From an uncultured delta proteobacterium (GTDB lineage Bacteria > Myxococcota_A > UBA9160 > UBA4427), in assembly GCA_963822965.1 (NCBI GenBank), contig CAWGJT010000005.1, forward strand, positions 1,664,001 to 1,728,000: a stretch of DNA of 64,000 nucleotides, in the 5' to 3' direction. Positions 62,949 to 64,000 of this stretch are shown piece by piece. Position numbers and translations under genes: made by a program. The notes beneath the pieces were generated by a model that did no database searches, was not told where the DNA came from, and saw only the letters and a program-made list of their open reading frames with translations. Every line of letters begins with the position of its first letter. Position 1 is the first letter of the stretch.

Positions 62949-63899
62949 ATGCAGGACTTCCGTGGCCGCCTGGCCGTCGTCACCGGGGGCGGCACGGGCA
63001 TGGGGCGCGAGATCGTGCGCCAGCTCACCGCCGAAGGCTGTCACGTCGCCTTCTGCGACGTCTCCGAAGAGAACATGGTGGAGACCGCGCGGCTGTGTGA
63101 AGAGACCGCGCCCGCCGGCACCCGCGTCACCCGGCACGCCTGCGACGTCTCCGTCGAGAAGCAGGTGCTGGCCTTCCGGGACGAGGTGCTGGCCCAGCAC
63201 GACGCAAGCGCCATCCAGCTGCTCTTCAACAACGCGGGCATCGCCGGCGCGGGCAGCTTCCTGGCCGACCCGCGCGCCGACTGGGAGCGCGTCTTCGGCG
63301 TCTGCTGGTTCGGCGTCTACTACTGCTCGCGCGCCTTCCTTCCCCTGCTCGTCGCCGCCGACGAGGGCTGCATCGTCAACACCAGCAGCGTGAACGGCTT
63401 CTGGGCGAGCCTCGGACCCACCACGCCCCACACCGCCTACAGCTCGGCGAAGTTCGCCGTCAAGGGATTCACCGAGGCGCTCATCAACGACCTGCGCGTG
63501 CACGCCCCGCACGTGCAGGCCTTCCTCGTGATGCCCGGCCACGTGGGGACGTCGATCGCGCACAACAGCCGGCTGGTGCTGGGCAAGTCGAGCCCGGCGG
63601 AGATGAGCGCCGAAGAGCTCGGCCAGCTGCGCCGGCGTCTCGAGAGCCAGGGCGTGCCGCTCGACGACGTGGACGACCACGCGCTGCGGGCCGGCATCGC
63701 CCAGCGCATGGAGAACTTCCGCGAGAAGGCACCCGTCTCGGCCGCCCAGGCCGCCACCATCATCCTCGACGGCGTGCGCGAGGGACGCTGGCGCATCCTG
63801 ATCGGCGACGACGCCAAGGGGCTCGACCGGCTCGTCCGCCAGTCGCCCGAGGAAGCCTACCAGCCCGACTTCTTCACGTTCCGAACCCTGGGCTCGTAG
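62949..63899 (+). CDS. Short-chain dehydrogenase/reductase
   Basis: TGGGTGMG, NNAG, YSSAK. Confidence 0.93.
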   Translation: MQDFRGRLAVVTGGGTGMGREIVRQLTAEGCHVAFCDVSEENMVETARLCEETAPAGTRVTRHACDVSVEKQVLAFRDEVLAQHDASAIQLLFNNAGIAGAGSFLADPRADWERVFGVCWFGVYYCSRAFLPLLVAADEGCIVNTSSVNGFWASLGPTTPHTAYSSAKFAVKGFTEALINDLRVHAPHVQAFLVMPGHVGTSIAHNSRLVLGKSSPAEMSAEELGQLRRRLESQGVPLDDVDDHALRAGIAQRMENFREKAPVSAAQAATIILDGVREGRWRILIGDDAKGLDRLVRQSPEEAYQPDFFTFRTLGS

Positions 63900-64000
63900 C
63901 CAGCCGGTCGGTGCTGGGGGCGTGTGCCCCCAGGCTGTGCGGCGGGCGGCACGGGGGTCGAGCGCTCCGGCATCCCCTCTCAAGCCGGGCTCGGCCCGTG

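Noticed and set aside
63949..64000. Nested hairpin after the last SDR as an ncRNA
   Set aside because: At the window edge and GC-rich; cannot be distinguished from a terminator-like or chance structure.

Overview
Chromosomal window of a very GC-rich bacterium. Gene content and codon style suggest Myxococcota or a relative (inference). Many genes are broken by single-base indels that look like long-read consensus errors. Order of content: sensor kinase; F420-type PPOX protein; PQQ/heme-c dehydrogenase; divergent MTHFR-like/LysR pair; a lipid/aromatic catabolism block (PhyH dioxygenase, hydrolases, two P450s, SDRs, carotenoid oxygenase, Rieske oxygenase + TetR); GH2 beta-galactosidase; a sulfur assimilation block (cysK, DUF4202-like, rhodanese fusion, sulfite/nitrite reductase); serS-selB; a lower-GC island (~36.1-42.35 kb); a partial nuo operon (A,E,F,G,H,J,K,L,M,N); gpsA; feoAB; a membrane-sulfatase fusion; small genes. 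The most interesting part is the island. It holds an Rhs core fragment and an array of four ~150-aa peptidase-like C-terminal tips. Each tip starts at the same 11-bp motif GTCCCARAGTG, always read as Ser-Gln-Ser, and each is followed by an exported partner gene. Two partners look like GspG pseudopilin globular domains. This suggests a polymorphic toxin whose tips are exchanged at a short specific site. A 159-bp MITE with perfect TIRs and a TCA target duplication, and a degenerate relative, are also present. All family calls come from motif recognition by eye; no database search was run.
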